The notes under the pieces are model-generated. The model had not been told where the DNA came from, made no database searches, and saw only the letters and a list, made by a program, of their open reading frames with translations. A stretch of DNA of 64,000 nt, taken from assembly GCA_016861245.1 (NCBI GenBank), contig BOKZ01000001.1, forward strand, positions 188,347-252,346. Reading direction: 5' to 3'. Positions 9,895-20,568 of the stretch are shown piece after piece (the stretch's first letter is position 1; the number at the start of each line of letters is the position of its first letter). This stretch comes from Patescibacteria group bacterium (GTDB lineage Bacteria; Patescibacteriota; UBA1384; 2-12-FULL-50-11). Both the position numbers and the translations under genes were made by a program.

Positions 9895-11907
9895 TTAGCG
9901 GATAATAAGCGCAATAATTAAGATGGCGACGATATTCACGATCTTAATCATTGGGTTGATGGCTGGACCAGCCGTATCTTTGTACGGATCGCCAACTGTG
10001 TCGCCGGTGACCGAAGCTTTATGCGCTTCTGAGCCCTTACCGCCGTGGTTGCCTTCTTCGATGTACTTTTTGGCATTATCCCAAGCTGCGCCGCCGTTGG
10101 TCATTGAGAGCGCGACGAATAAGCCTGTAACAATGGTGCCGATTAGTAACCCGCCAAGCGCTGCTGGGCCAAGCAACCATCCAACTAGGATCGGGGCGAC
10201 GATCGGTAGAAGTGCTGGGATAATCATTTCCTTAAGCGCGGAACCAGTTACGATCGAGACTGCTCGGGCGTAGTCTGGCTTAACTTTACCTTCAAGAATA
10301 CCGCGTCGCTCTTTAAACTGACGACGAACCTCCGAGACTACGGCACCGGCTGCTCGACCGACTGCTTCCATCGACATAGCGGCAAAGAGGTACGGCAATA
10401 GACCGCCGATAAACAGCCCAACGATCACATACGGATCCGAAAGGCTGTACGCTACTTCCAATCCCTTAATCATGATCTCCTCGGTGTAGGAGGCAAACAA
10501 CACCAAGGCCGCTAAACCAGCTGAAGCGATGGCGTAACCTTTAGTTACGGCTTTTGTCGTATTACCGACAGCGTCGAGCTCGTCGGTCACAACTCGGACT
10601 TCGCTTGGCAAACCAGACATCTCGGCGATTCCGCCAGCGTTGTCGGTAATCGGACCGAACGCGTCGATCGCGACGATCACAGCAGTCAACGAGAGCATCG
10701 AGAAAGCAGCGATCGCAACACCGTAGAGGCCCGCTAATTCGTAAGCGCCGAGCGAGCCGGCAGCGATAACAAGAACGGGGAACATCGTGGAACGCATCGA
10801 AAGCGCAAGACCGGCGATAATATTAGTAGCGTGTCCAGTCTCGGACGAACGAGCGATGTGCTTAACTGGATTGAACTTCGTTGAAGTGTAGTACTCAGTA
10901 ATAACCATCATTAGCGCTGTGACAGCGATACCGATCACCGCTGTAGCGAACAATTTTAGCGTGTTTAAATCGGTCTGACCTTCGATTAACCACTTAGTAA
11001 TCGGGTAGAAACCGAGGATCGCCAATACGGCTGAGACCGCCAGACCGCGATACATCGCGCCCATAATTGTTGAACCTTCTTTATTACCAACGCGAACAAA
11101 CAGCATACCGATAATCGAGGCTAAGACCGAAGCCGCACCGAGCGCTAGCGGGAATAAGACGATATTAGCAACGTTCGGGAATAAAATAGAACCAAGCAGC
11201 ATCGCTGAAACAGCGGTAACAACGTATGTTTCAAATAGATCTGCAGCCATACCGGCACAGTCACCGACGTTATCACCGACGTTATCGGCGATAACGGCCG
11301 GGTTACGTGGGTCGTCTTCTGGAATACCGGCTTCAACTTTACCGACTAAATCGGCACCGACGTCAGCTGCCTTGGTATAGATACCGCCGCCGAGTCGAGC
11401 AAAAATCGAGATTAACGAGCCACCGAACGCTAAACCGACTAGCGCTGGGATATCTTTAGTAACCCAATAGAACACTGTGGTACCGAGCAGTCCGAGACCA
11501 GCAACCAATAGGCCAGTAACGGCGCCGCCGCGAAACGAGATATCCATCGCCGGGTGCAGCCCTTTTTTAGCAGCTTCAGCAGTTCGGACGTTGGCACGAA
11601 CAGAAATATTCATACCGATATAACCGGCAAAGGCCGAGAGTATCGCACCGATGAGAAAACCTGCCGCTAAAATCCAGTTAAGAAAGAGTCCGAGAGTAAT
11701 AAAAACAAAAAGCGCAACGATACCGATAGTTTTATACTGACGGTTAAGATATGCCTGTGCTCCCTGTTGAATTGCTTTGGCGATCTGAACCATTTTATCT
11801 GAGCCCTTCGGCTGCTTAGCGATCCATTTAGCTAACGCAAAACCGTATAAAACGGCAAGCAACCCAGAACCGGTCGCACTGTATAAGACGTACTGTTCGA
11901 TAGTCAT
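9895..11907 (-). CDS. hppA: membrane-bound proton/sodium-translocating pyrophosphatase
   Basis: [11 protein letters not shown] and [19 protein letters not shown] motifs; about 16 TM helices; GNTTKA (Lys) variant typical of K+-independent enzymes. Confidence 0.95.
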   Translation of the reverse strand: MTIEQYVLYSATGSGLLAVLYGFALAKWIAKQPKGSDKMVQIAKAIQQGAQAYLNRQYKTIGIVALFVFITLGLFLNWILAAGFLIGAILSAFAGYIGMNISVRANVRTAEAAKKGLHPAMDISFRGGAVTGLLVAGLGLLGTTVFYWVTKDIPALVGLAFGGSLISIFARLGGGIYTKAADVGADLVGKVEAGIPEDDPRNPAVIADNVGDNVGDCAGMAADLFETYVVTAVSAMLLGSILFPNVANIVLFPLALGAASVLASIIGMLFVRVGNKEGSTIMGAMYRGLAVSAVLAILGFYPITKWLIEGQTDLNTLKLFATAVIGIAVTALMMVITEYYTSTKFNPVKHIARSSETGHATNIIAGLALSMRSTMFPVLVIAAGSLGAYELAGLYGVAIAAFSMLSLTAVIVAIDAFGPITDNAGGIAEMSGLPSEVRVVTDELDAVGNTTKAVTKGYAIASAGLAALVLFASYTEEIMIKGLEVAYSLSDPYVIVGLFIGGLLPYLFAAMSMEAVGRAAGAVVSEVRRQFKERRGILEGKVKPDYARAVSIVTGSALKEMIIPALLPIVAPILVGWLLGPAALGGLLIGTIVTGLFVALSMTNGGAAWDNAKKYIEEGNHGGKGSEAHKASVTGDTVGDPYKDTAGPAINPMIKIVNIVAILIIALIIR

Positions 11908-11983
11908 TCGTTTACACTCCTCTTCTCGTTTTTATCTGTGTTAGGCGTATTGTAACTGGTTTGGCTTCGAGAGACAAGATGCG

Positions 11984-13111
11984 TCAGTCCTGATGCAAGA
12001 CTTGCCTGTACACATCCTGCGTCATTTTTGCCATCTTTGCCCAAGAGAATTGTTTGAGCCGTTCTAATCCGCGACGCCTCAGCTCTTCGGCAAGTTTCGG
12101 CTGTAACAGTATTCGCTCGATCGCGTTAGCGATCTCCTGTGGTTTATGCGGGTTAATTAGTAAGCCGGCGGTGTCTACTACTTCCGGTAAGCTCGAGATG
12201 TTACTGGTAACGACCGGTACCCCTGAAGCAAACGCTTCGAGAATCATAATACCGAATCCCTCGTACCAACTCGGGTGAACGTACACAGAAGCGGCGCTGT
12301 ACATCGCAGCCAAATCTTCGTCGCTGATAAATCCGGGAGTAATAATATTAAGCCCAGCCGCTTGCTTGTCGTACACAAGCTGCGCCACCTCGGGGCTCTG
12401 ATGCGCCGGCTTACCGCAAATTACTAACGCCAGATTAGGGAACTTCGGTAACAGCGACTCGTAAGCCTCAATTAACGAGACAAGACCTTTATACTTCTCC
12501 CAACGACTCACGAATAACGCGTATCGATCAGGTAGATTATATTTTTGTTTAATCGCCTCGATCTCTTTCTGGGAGTGCAGTCTAAATTTCTTCTCACTAC
12601 CTTCTGGAGTGACAACAATATTTTCCGGCGAAAATTGGAGCATAGAAATAAGGTCTTGTTTGGTCGATTCGCTCGGAACGATAACCTTTTTAGCTCGTTT
12701 TGTATCGTTCATCACCAGTTTGTAGGCAGCCTTACGAATCGTCGAGCGCGTCTGAGCACCAGTTGGGAAGAGGTGCATAATCAGATCATGAATAGTAACG
12801 ACAAACGGTTTCCGGTAGAGAATCGGGTGGTTAAAGTGAGTGAAGTGTACTAAGTCAAAACGTTGCTCGTTAAGAATCTTTGGTAGCGCTTTTTGTTCGG
12901 CAACTGAGTAATGGGGGATATCAACCACCAGCGAACGGCAATTCGGCGCATCAAGCGTAAACTCTTTTTCATCGGCCGGCGTAATAATAACTGTGTACTC
13001 GTTTTCTTGATCGATCTTTAACAGCTCTGTTACCAAATTGCGTGCGTACCGACCGAGCCCGCCAGTTTCAGAGCGCCAAATTCGCGCGTCGATTCCGATT
13101 CTTTTACTCAT
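11984..13111 (-). CDS. glycosyltransferase family 4 (GT-B)
   Basis: EGFGIMILEAFASGVPVVTS nucleotide-sugar binding motif (E-x7-E). Confidence 0.85.
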   Translation of the reverse strand: MSKRIGIDARIWRSETGGLGRYARNLVTELLKIDQENEYTVIITPADEKEFTLDAPNCRSLVVDIPHYSVAEQKALPKILNEQRFDLVHFTHFNHPILYRKPFVVTIHDLIMHLFPTGAQTRSTIRKAAYKLVMNDTKRAKKVIVPSESTKQDLISMLQFSPENIVVTPEGSEKKFRLHSQKEIEAIKQKYNLPDRYALFVSRWEKYKGLVSLIEAYESLLPKFPNLALVICGKPAHQSPEVAQLVYDKQAAGLNIITPGFISDEDLAAMYSAASVYVHPSWYEGFGIMILEAFASGVPVVTSNISSLPEVVDTAGLLINPHKPQEIANAIERILLQPKLAEELRRRGLERLKQFSWAKMAKMTQDVYRQVLHQD

Positions 13112-14304
13112 TAGGTCGAATCATAGCGTCTGCCGCTGCTTTCGCAAATCTGCCACAGAGCTAACGCTAAAAAGAAGATAATCGAGAGATCGTTTTTAAA
13201 ATAGGTACTATCAAATAACCCATGGACCGCTATCGCTGCGACTGCCGCCAAAATCCCAACTCGTATTCGTGAGATATGCGACTCGACAATACCGGTAAAT
13301 AAAACGTGGAGCAGTAATAATACTAATCCGAGTAAGCCCAAAACGCCGGCGGAGAGCCACATCGACAAGTAAAGGTTGTGCGGGTGCAGGGCGTAGGCGC
13401 GAACGTCGCTTTGGTAATAGCTATCTGCGGCCAACTTTTTGTCTAGCTCGGTTTGAAATTGTCCCGGGCCGATCCCAGTTAGTGGTTCGTCAATCACTAC
13501 TTTTGTTGCTTCGCGCCAGATAAAAAGCCGTGCCTGATCACTAGTATTCTGTCGTGGTGCTGAGAGCGAAACAACCGCAACTGCCGCCAACAGGACTGCA
13601 GCCGTTACTAGCACTGCCTTAACACTACGACGCCATAATAAGCTGACTAAGCCAACTGTTAGTAGCGCAACCAAACCCGCTCGAGAGCCCGACAGGTAAA
13701 TCGCTGTTACAGCCGGCGCCGCCAATAAGACCACGACGATGATACTGCGAGTTCGGCTCCAAATATACGCAACACCTATGGCTAAAAGTGGAACAAGATA
13801 CATCGATACGTAGTTTGGCGATTCGAAGAAACCGAGCGCCCTACCCTGCTCGACGTACTGGTTTAAATCGCCCCCACTATTTTGGTGCGCGATCAGCGGC
13901 AGGTAGCCTGCCCACTGTAAAATAGTGTAAAGCGAGACTAGAAATACCGAAAAGATTATCGCCTGGAATAACCAGTGAGCAGACTTTTGGTCGAAAAGTT
14001 TCCAAGCACTCCAGCAAAACATCGCCGGGACGACAAACCAGCCTTTCAAAATTCCTAAGGCTGTGCGCGTATCGTCGGCGACCAGCGTGCCGATCGCGGC
14101 GCCGGATAATAACAACAAAGTGCCGATCACTAGTTGCGTTTTTAACGGCTTTGGCTGCTGCTCGCTAAACAGCGCGGCGACAAATCCTAGCACTATCAAG
14201 AGCTCAACGACATTAGTCGGCAACTCAAGAATCGAAAAACGGACGTAGTACAACGGTAATAGCGCGATCGCAACAACTAGTAGTAATCTTCCAAGCTTAG
14301 TCAT
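13111..14304 (-). CDS. O-antigen ligase/polymerase family membrane protein (Wzy_C)
   Basis: Polytopic; periplasmic-loop motif YALHPHNLYLSMWLSAGVLGLLG; 1-nt overlap with the upstream GT4. Confidence 0.6.
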   Translation of the reverse strand: MTKLGRLLLVVAIALLPLYYVRFSILELPTNVVELLIVLGFVAALFSEQQPKPLKTQLVIGTLLLLSGAAIGTLVADDTRTALGILKGWFVVPAMFCWSAWKLFDQKSAHWLFQAIIFSVFLVSLYTILQWAGYLPLIAHQNSGGDLNQYVEQGRALGFFESPNYVSMYLVPLLAIGVAYIWSRTRSIIVVVLLAAPAVTAIYLSGSRAGLVALLTVGLVSLLWRRSVKAVLVTAAVLLAAVAVVSLSAPRQNTSDQARLFIWREATKVVIDEPLTGIGPGQFQTELDKKLAADSYYQSDVRAYALHPHNLYLSMWLSAGVLGLLGLVLLLLHVLFTGIVESHISRIRVGILAAVAAIAVHGLFDSTYFKNDLSIIFFLALALWQICESSGRRYDST

Positions 14305-15492
14305 TTATTCCAGCATACGCTTTCGTTCTTGAGCGTTCACAGCCGAGGCTAAGAGCGCGAATAGGGTGATGGCGGTCGTTGGGTTATCGGCTAGCGGATG
14401 TAGAAAAAGCGAATTAACGGCAATCGCCACAAATACACTAAGAAGCGCGGTCGAGCCGCTTTGCGACAAGAGTCGAAGCGCCCCAACGATCGCAGCCAAT
14501 AAAGCAAACAGTCCAATTAAACCGATCTCGTGTAATACTTGAAAAAACCAGTTCTCAGGCACGAAGACTTGCTCGGTAACGAACGTCGACGGTCCAGCGG
14601 TCGTGACGCCGTGACCGAATAGTTTTACCGGCACACTGGCGCTAGCAAACTCGTTTATACTTCTTTGAAAAGCGCTAACGCGTTGATCGGTGTGACGACT
14701 ACTAACGAACGTTTGCTGCAGATCATCGGAGTAGCGAAACACTAACGGCAAGACTAACACTAAGCCGACAACCAGCGCCGCGCCAACCATTTTCCATCGA
14801 ATAAGGCTTCGACTCTGGTAAATAAGTACTACAAAACCAGCCAATAGACCGAGTAGGGCGCTTCTCGAAAACGTTCCGATCACCACCAGAGTGGCTGCCG
14901 CTAACCACCAACTGCCGATCTGGCGCTTGGCGTACAGCCAGAGACCCAAGCAGGCAACATACGTTCCTAGCTGGTTTGGCCCGATAAACGAGCCGTACAG
15001 CCGCGGCAAATCGCCGGCTAAATCTCGTTTCGCCAGTACCCAAAAATTGCTTTCAGCCCCAGCAAGCCAGAATACGCCTTGTGCTAGAGCGATAATCACG
15101 ACCAAATAAAATACTGTTTTTAATAGTTTCTTATTCACTTGCCACTGTGCGATCGAGCGAGCGATAAAATAAAAGACAATAAAACCAACGCCGTAACGCA
15201 AACCAATAACGTCGGTCCACCCTGTTGCCGGCGACCAGTACGAGCTGATTGCCGAGAGCGCTAACACCCCGAGCAGGAGCCAGTCAAACCAAAATAACTT
15301 ACGCTTGAGAAACAGTACTACTATGGCCAGTAGCGCTACTATTATTAGCAACTCGTACCAGTTCGTGAGTAAAAACACCGAGCGAGCCGAGGTCTCAAGC
15401 AACTCAAATGGTCGGATCCACAGGTACTGAAACGGTAAAATGAATAACGCTGCGCTAAGGATTAACCCGATAAAGCTGTAGTACCGATTCAT
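14305..15492 (-). CDS. O-antigen ligase/polymerase-like membrane protein (paralog)
   Basis: Polytopic; loop motif FQVLHEIGLIGLFALL; abuts the previous gene. Confidence 0.55.
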   Translation of the reverse strand: MNRYYSFIGLILSAALFILPFQYLWIRPFELLETSARSVFLLTNWYELLIIVALLAIVVLFLKRKLFWFDWLLLGVLALSAISSYWSPATGWTDVIGLRYGVGFIVFYFIARSIAQWQVNKKLLKTVFYLVVIIALAQGVFWLAGAESNFWVLAKRDLAGDLPRLYGSFIGPNQLGTYVACLGLWLYAKRQIGSWWLAAATLVVIGTFSRSALLGLLAGFVVLIYQSRSLIRWKMVGAALVVGLVLVLPLVFRYSDDLQQTFVSSRHTDQRVSAFQRSINEFASASVPVKLFGHGVTTAGPSTFVTEQVFVPENWFFQVLHEIGLIGLFALLAAIVGALRLLSQSGSTALLSVFVAIAVNSLFLHPLADNPTTAITLFALLASAVNAQERKRMLE

Positions 15493-16976
15493 TTAACACT
15501 AAAGATCTGGAAAACTCGCTGGAACGAACCTTTGAATGTTACTAGCAGTGCTAGGAAGAACACTCCGGCCACGGCTGTGAACGCGCCCAAGAGCCAACCG
15601 GCTTGCATCAGCTTGCCAGCGTCGGCGAACGTCTGCGGTTCGATTAACCCAAGCGGCAAGAAGTAAAGAATAATCCAGGTGGCCAGCGCCGCTAGTACCA
15701 CACGGCCGAGTACCGGCCAGTGGATAAAATCTTGGAAGTGTCGGCGACTGGCGCGAAGCGTATAAGCGAGTAGCACGACTTCCGTGATCACTGTTACGGT
15801 CGCCGCGCCGATGTACGAATATCTCGGAATGGCGTACAGGTTTAGGAGCACGTTCACGACAACCGCTAGTAAGTATCCGCGTACTAACACCCCTTGATCG
15901 CGACTTGCGATGATCGCTTGACTCAGAAGTGTTGTAATAAAGACAAAAACGATCGAGAGCATTAGTATTCGTAGCGGTGCGACCGAGAGTAAGAAGTCCG
16001 GCTGCGTTATGAAAACGATCGCCAGCGGCGCGAACGCCACTAGTGCAACAACGAGAAAGGCCGCAATAACAAACAGTATCGAACTAGATCGCTTTAAGAT
16101 CTGGCTAGCATCCTCACGTCGCCCCTCTAACATCACCGCGCTTAGTACTGGCAATAAGTTAGTAGCAAAAATCGACGGGATAACTAACACAACCTCAAGT
16201 AGTTTATAGGCGACGCCGTAGATACCGACGTCGGACTCGCTTTTGAAAAAAGTGAGCAGTAGCATATCGGTCTTGAAATGAACGAGTGCAAGCAAATTAA
16301 TTATCGCGATCGTGCCAAACTGCGGCAGTAGCCGACGCCAGAGCGAGAAGTCTAGTCGGAGCTTAATAGTTACTAAGCGCCGAACCAACAGGAAACTGAC
16401 ACCGAAAATTAAAATCTGGCCGAGCAGGTTTACGATTACCACCGACATCAGCCCGTAGCCCATTTTTAGCACCACGATCGTACCGATAGCGGTAAAAAGT
16501 TTGCCGATAGTTTCCGAGATAACAATTCGGTCTGCCAGTAGATTCGCCTGGAAAACGGTGGCGATAATCTGCGAGCAAAGCATCGAGAACGCGATAAAAA
16601 CGCCGATAATAATGCCTTGTTTGACGATCGCCAAGTACGGCAAGAACTGGTAGAGGATAAGAAAGAGAATTAAGGTAACCGCAAACAAAAGCAACCGAAA
16701 CGCTAAGGCGTTTCCGGCCAACTCGCCGGCCTCACGATGAGTTTTGCCGCTGATTTCTCTAACCAATAATGTGAACAAACCGAAATCCGCGGCCGAACCG
16801 ATAATCGAAACGTAGGTAAAGATAATCGTGTACTGTCCGTACCCGCGTAGCGCCGATCCTTCGACCAATAAGTGGTTAGCGATAAAGTTAACCGTTACCA
16901 GCGTGATCGCCAGACCAAGTAAGCGCCCAGCGATTTGAACGACGGTATTGTACGCGACTTTTGTGGCCAAACTCAT
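15489..16976 (-). CDS. polysaccharide biosynthesis flippase (MOP/Wzx-like)
   Basis: 495 aa, 12-14 TM helices, typical Wzx N-terminus; 4-nt overlap with the downstream ligase-like gene. Confidence 0.7.
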   Translation of the reverse strand: MSLATKVAYNTVVQIAGRLLGLAITLVTVNFIANHLLVEGSALRGYGQYTIIFTYVSIIGSAADFGLFTLLVREISGKTHREAGELAGNALAFRLLLFAVTLILFLILYQFLPYLAIVKQGIIIGVFIAFSMLCSQIIATVFQANLLADRIVISETIGKLFTAIGTIVVLKMGYGLMSVVIVNLLGQILIFGVSFLLVRRLVTIKLRLDFSLWRRLLPQFGTIAIINLLALVHFKTDMLLLTFFKSESDVGIYGVAYKLLEVVLVIPSIFATNLLPVLSAVMLEGRREDASQILKRSSSILFVIAAFLVVALVAFAPLAIVFITQPDFLLSVAPLRILMLSIVFVFITTLLSQAIIASRDQGVLVRGYLLAVVVNVLLNLYAIPRYSYIGAATVTVITEVVLLAYTLRASRRHFQDFIHWPVLGRVVLAALATWIILYFLPLGLIEPQTFADAGKLMQAGWLLGAFTAVAGVFFLALLVTFKGSFQRVFQIFSVK

Positions 16977-17021
16977 AATCTAGGCTAATTCTACCTATTT
17001 TGTCTGATATGCCAAAGAAAC

Positions 17022-17050
17022 CTTGATTAAGCTGCTATACTGTAATCAAG
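17022..17050. promoter_or_regulatory. 8-bp perfect inverted repeat CTTGATTA-N13-TAATCAAG in divergent promoter region
   Basis: Read directly; spacer contains TATACT; lies between the flippase operon (-) and the dockerin gene (+). Confidence 0.3.
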
Positions 17051-17136
17051 TAGGGGGATAACTGTCAGATACGATAAGGCTCCAAACAGAGAATAATAAC
17101 GGCTTTCGAAAGCTATTTTTCGTCGTTGTTGCAGCG

Positions 17137-18276
17137 ATGATGGTAACAGGACTCGGGCCGATTCCGAGCGCCAGGGCGATCGATACCAGTCTAACCAGCT
17201 ATCTCAACAATCAATATTACAACCAGCTAGCCCCTGACGGCGATTTTATTAACGTCAACGCGATGTCGGTTGCCGACATCCAAGGTTTCTTAGCTGGAAA
17301 AGGTAGCTACTTAGCAGTCGCGCCTTCGAGCCAGCTCGGTGACGGCGCCGCTGGCCGCTCAGCAGCCCAGATTATCTACGACGCTGCAAAGGGGTTGTAC
17401 GACGCTGCTGTTGGTTGCTCCGGTAGTATCTGTATCAACAGCACCACCGGCACTGTAAGTCCGAAAGCTATTCTTATTACCTTACAAAAAGAGCAGTCGC
17501 TCGTAACCAACGGCGCGCCGAGTCAGCGCGATCTCGACTGCGCGATGGGCTACGAGGGCGGCAACGGTTGTACTTGGATGTTTGAGAACCGACCGCAGTG
17601 GAAAGGCTTCTCAAATCAGGTCGGTTGGGCGGCGTGGAACCTTCGCTTGCACTACGAACGATCGGTTCGTCAGATCGAGCCGTACTACATGGGTAAGGTT
17701 GTAACGGTCACCGACTACGACGGCGCTCGTTCGGTTTATCTTTCTAATCACACGACCGCAGCGTTAATGCGTTACACCCCACACACGTACTACGGTAACT
17801 GGAATTTCTGGAAACTAGGCGTTGAGTGGTTCGGATTCGGCACCGGCGGGAGTTTTGGTGGTGGCGTTAACGATCTGTCCTCAGCTAGCGGACGAATGTA
17901 CGCATCGGGCAAGTACACCGTAAAAAGCTACAAGCAGACCGACGCTCGAGTGTATTTTGGTGATACGATTGTCGCCGAGTTAGGCTCCGGCTCTTGGGAA
18001 TATCAATTCGACCCGGGGATCGGGACTAACACTTACAATTTTACGTACAAACTCGCCGATGGCAGTACGCTCGGGGTTAAATCGATCACGATCGAAAAAC
18101 GCAAGAACGGCGACATCAACGGCGACGGCGGCGTTAACATCTTGGACTTGTCGCTGATCGGTGGGGCGTGGGGATATAAAACCAAAGACGACGACTGGAT
18201 GAATCTTAACCCCGAGGTTGATAACGAAGTAAATCTCTTGGATATCTCCATTTTCGCCAATTCCTGGGAAGGATAA
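17137..18276 (+). CDS. secreted protein with C-terminal dockerin-like tandem Ca-binding repeats
   Basis: C-terminus KNGDINGDGGVNILDLSLIGG ... NPEVDNEVNLLDISIFANSW is two type-I dockerin-like repeats. N-terminus uncertain: upstream in-frame codons encode a hydrophobic signal-like stretch but no ATG. Confidence 0.6.
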   Translation: MMVTGLGPIPSARAIDTSLTSYLNNQYYNQLAPDGDFINVNAMSVADIQGFLAGKGSYLAVAPSSQLGDGAAGRSAAQIIYDAAKGLYDAAVGCSGSICINSTTGTVSPKAILITLQKEQSLVTNGAPSQRDLDCAMGYEGGNGCTWMFENRPQWKGFSNQVGWAAWNLRLHYERSVRQIEPYYMGKVVTVTDYDGARSVYLSNHTTAALMRYTPHTYYGNWNFWKLGVEWFGFGTGGSFGGGVNDLSSASGRMYASGKYTVKSYKQTDARVYFGDTIVAELGSGSWEYQFDPGIGTNTYNFTYKLADGSTLGVKSITIEKRKNGDINGDGGVNILDLSLIGGAWGYKTKDDDWMNLNPEVDNEVNLLDISIFANSWEG

Positions 18277-18293
18277 TGAGGTAAGATAGAAGT

Positions 18294-19550
18294 ATGCTAC
18301 GTCGTTTTTTCCTTTCGCTTTCTATCGTTGTTGGAGTAATTCTTAACCTATTACCGCAAACAGCGCTCGCGGCCGGTAGTATCACGCCGAGCGGCGGCAC
18401 CAGTGTTCAGAACGGGCAGACGTTTACAATTACCGTGCGAGCGAGCGGCGCCACCTTCGATAGTTTGCAAGGCACAATCTCAGTGTCCGGGCCGGTCTCG
18501 ATCGTCTCGTTCTCAGCCGGCGGCGCCACCTGGCTACCAGGTAAGGCTCCAGCCAACAACACGCAGTTTGTTGGGATTGTCTCGCCAACTAGCAACCTAA
18601 CGGTGGCGACGATTAGACTTAAGGGAACCAAAGAAGGCTCGGGCTCGGTTTCTGTTAGCGGCGTCCGGTTAGCTAGATCTGGTGCGGAAGTCGGTAACTC
18701 GGGCGGCAGCACCAAATTTACAATTACACGGGCGCTGGTTGTACCGGGCGCGATCACCGTCAGCTCAGCAACCCACCCAGATCAAGCAATCGCTTACGAG
18801 GCAACTACGATTGATTTGAGTTGGGATAAACCTGCCGGCGTAACTGGTTTCTCTTACCTCTACGATGATATCGCCGATACGACACCGCCAACAACTGTAA
18901 CCTCAGCTGATACAACGAAGCGCTACGAGGGGGCCGCGATCGGTACACATTACTTTCACATTCGAGCACTAAACGCCGACGGCTGGGGACCGACGACCCA
19001 CTTTAAAATAACTATTAAGGAGCCGGACCCGAAAGTCGATGAGACGCTCGCTAAAACCACTCTTAGCTCAGTTCGCTTGGCAGATGTATACACAAATGAT
19101 GTCGAGAACGGCACTGTTGCTGGTGTGGTATTCGAAGGCACGACGGTTGCAGGATTTGCCGCCAACGTCACACTACTACCAATGCCACCGCTGCCAGCTG
19201 AGACGAAGCTAACGAGCGAAATCAGCACGGACGGTGCCTGGCGATTACAGGTTGACGCACCGATTCCAGCTGGGTTTTATACCGTTACCGCTCAGGGACA
19301 GAAAGAAAAAGTATTAACACCAGTGAGCGACAAGATGCGCATTCAAATTAGTGTTGCGGAAGGCGGCGCGATTCGTCTTATTACCAATGCCGATAAAGAA
19401 AAGCCGCCGAAAAATGACACCATCAAAGTTCTCGGCCTAACAGTTAAAAAGAAGACTCTACTTTGGACTGGTCTGGCGCTCGGAAATGTACTACTACTTG
19501 CTGGTGTCGCCTTCGGGACCTACTACTATCTGCGACGTAGGCTTCGCTAA
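18294..19550 (+). CDS. cell-surface protein: signal peptide, cohesin-like beta-sandwich, FN3-like domain, C-terminal TM anchor
   Basis: Signal peptide MLRRFFLSLSIVVGVILNLLPQTALA. N-terminal domain GQTFTITVRASGATFDSLQGTISVSGPVSIVSF resembles a cohesin. FN3-like segment (TIDLSWDKPAG...HYFHIRALNADGWGP). C-terminal hydrophobic helix plus RRRLR. Confidence 0.5.
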   Translation: MLRRFFLSLSIVVGVILNLLPQTALAAGSITPSGGTSVQNGQTFTITVRASGATFDSLQGTISVSGPVSIVSFSAGGATWLPGKAPANNTQFVGIVSPTSNLTVATIRLKGTKEGSGSVSVSGVRLARSGAEVGNSGGSTKFTITRALVVPGAITVSSATHPDQAIAYEATTIDLSWDKPAGVTGFSYLYDDIADTTPPTTVTSADTTKRYEGAAIGTHYFHIRALNADGWGPTTHFKITIKEPDPKVDETLAKTTLSSVRLADVYTNDVENGTVAGVVFEGTTVAGFAANVTLLPMPPLPAETKLTSEISTDGAWRLQVDAPIPAGFYTVTAQGQKEKVLTPVSDKMRIQISVAEGGAIRLITNADKEKPPKNDTIKVLGLTVKKKTLLWTGLALGNVLLLAGVAFGTYYYLRRRLR

Positions 19551-20566
19551 GCAACTTCTTTAGCGTACACGTTCTCGATAAACTTGATCGAGTTGATCGC
19601 GTCTTCCAGCTTTATTCCGTTTCCAGCACCTATCTCCTGATAAAGCGTTGGGTGGTTTGGGCACGAACCGGCGTGAGTTCCGTAAGAGTTCGGCTCGAGT
19701 GACTCGCCGTGGTTTGCAACGAGCTTCTCCCATTTTCTCGTAACTAGATCATTAGAGAACATTACCCTCTCAACTTGGTCAAGCGCTCGGCCACCTATCT
19801 TAATAAAACCCTCTGAGCCTAGCACGGCGATCGAGCACTCTAGGTTTGATGGCTCAGAAGCGATCGTTACTTCCAACGACCCCGACGCACCGTTTGGAAA
19901 TTGTAAAATCCCAAAAACGGTATCTTCAAATGTAACGTGCTTATGTTTGTTGTTAAAACTTGCCGAAGCTTTGACTGTTGGGACGCCGAATAGTAGCTGT
20001 ACGATGTCAAGATAATGAATACCCACTTCATAAAGAGTTCTACCACCAACATTAATATCGGCTCTCCATGACTCGAAGTAGCTCAACGGCCGCTGCCAGC
20101 GCTGGATCAGACTAACCGAACGAATATCACCAAATAACTTTTGGTCTAGTGCTTCCCTAACCATACTGACAGTTGGATTGTAGCGGACCTGTAGCACAGC
20201 ATACGCGTTACGTTGTAGCTTTTTAGCAACATTAGCTATCTCTTGTACTCGGGATTCTATAAAGTCGATCGGTTTTTCCACTAAGATATCGTAGCCAGCC
20301 TGAAGCGAGTCGATTGCCTGTTGATAGTGAAGGCTGTTTGGAGTCGCAATCGTAACCATAGTCATCTTCCCCTTCATCTTTTGCAACATTTCTTTGTAGT
20401 CGGTAAAGCCGGGAACTTGGTACTCTTTCGACCTATGCTCAGTCTTTTTTGGATCAATGTCGCATAGTGCCACTAGTTCAAAATGGTCGCTATTGGCATG
20501 AATGGCCTCAAGGTGACGATCAAATATCATTCCGCAACCGATAATGCCAACTTTGTATTTAGCCAT
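19547..20566 (-). CDS. Gfo/Idh/MocA-family NAD-dependent oxidoreductase (WbpB-like sugar 3-dehydrogenase candidate)
   Basis: N-terminal Rossmann MAKYKVGIIGCGMIFDRHLEAI; family-typical length. Confidence 0.85.
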   Translation of the reverse strand: MAKYKVGIIGCGMIFDRHLEAIHANSDHFELVALCDIDPKKTEHRSKEYQVPGFTDYKEMLQKMKGKMTMVTIATPNSLHYQQAIDSLQAGYDILVEKPIDFIESRVQEIANVAKKLQRNAYAVLQVRYNPTVSMVREALDQKLFGDIRSVSLIQRWQRPLSYFESWRADINVGGRTLYEVGIHYLDIVQLLFGVPTVKASASFNNKHKHVTFEDTVFGILQFPNGASGSLEVTIASEPSNLECSIAVLGSEGFIKIGGRALDQVERVMFSNDLVTRKWEKLVANHGESLEPNSYGTHAGSCPNHPTLYQEIGAGNGIKLEDAINSIKFIENVYAKEVA

Positions 20567-20568
20567 AG

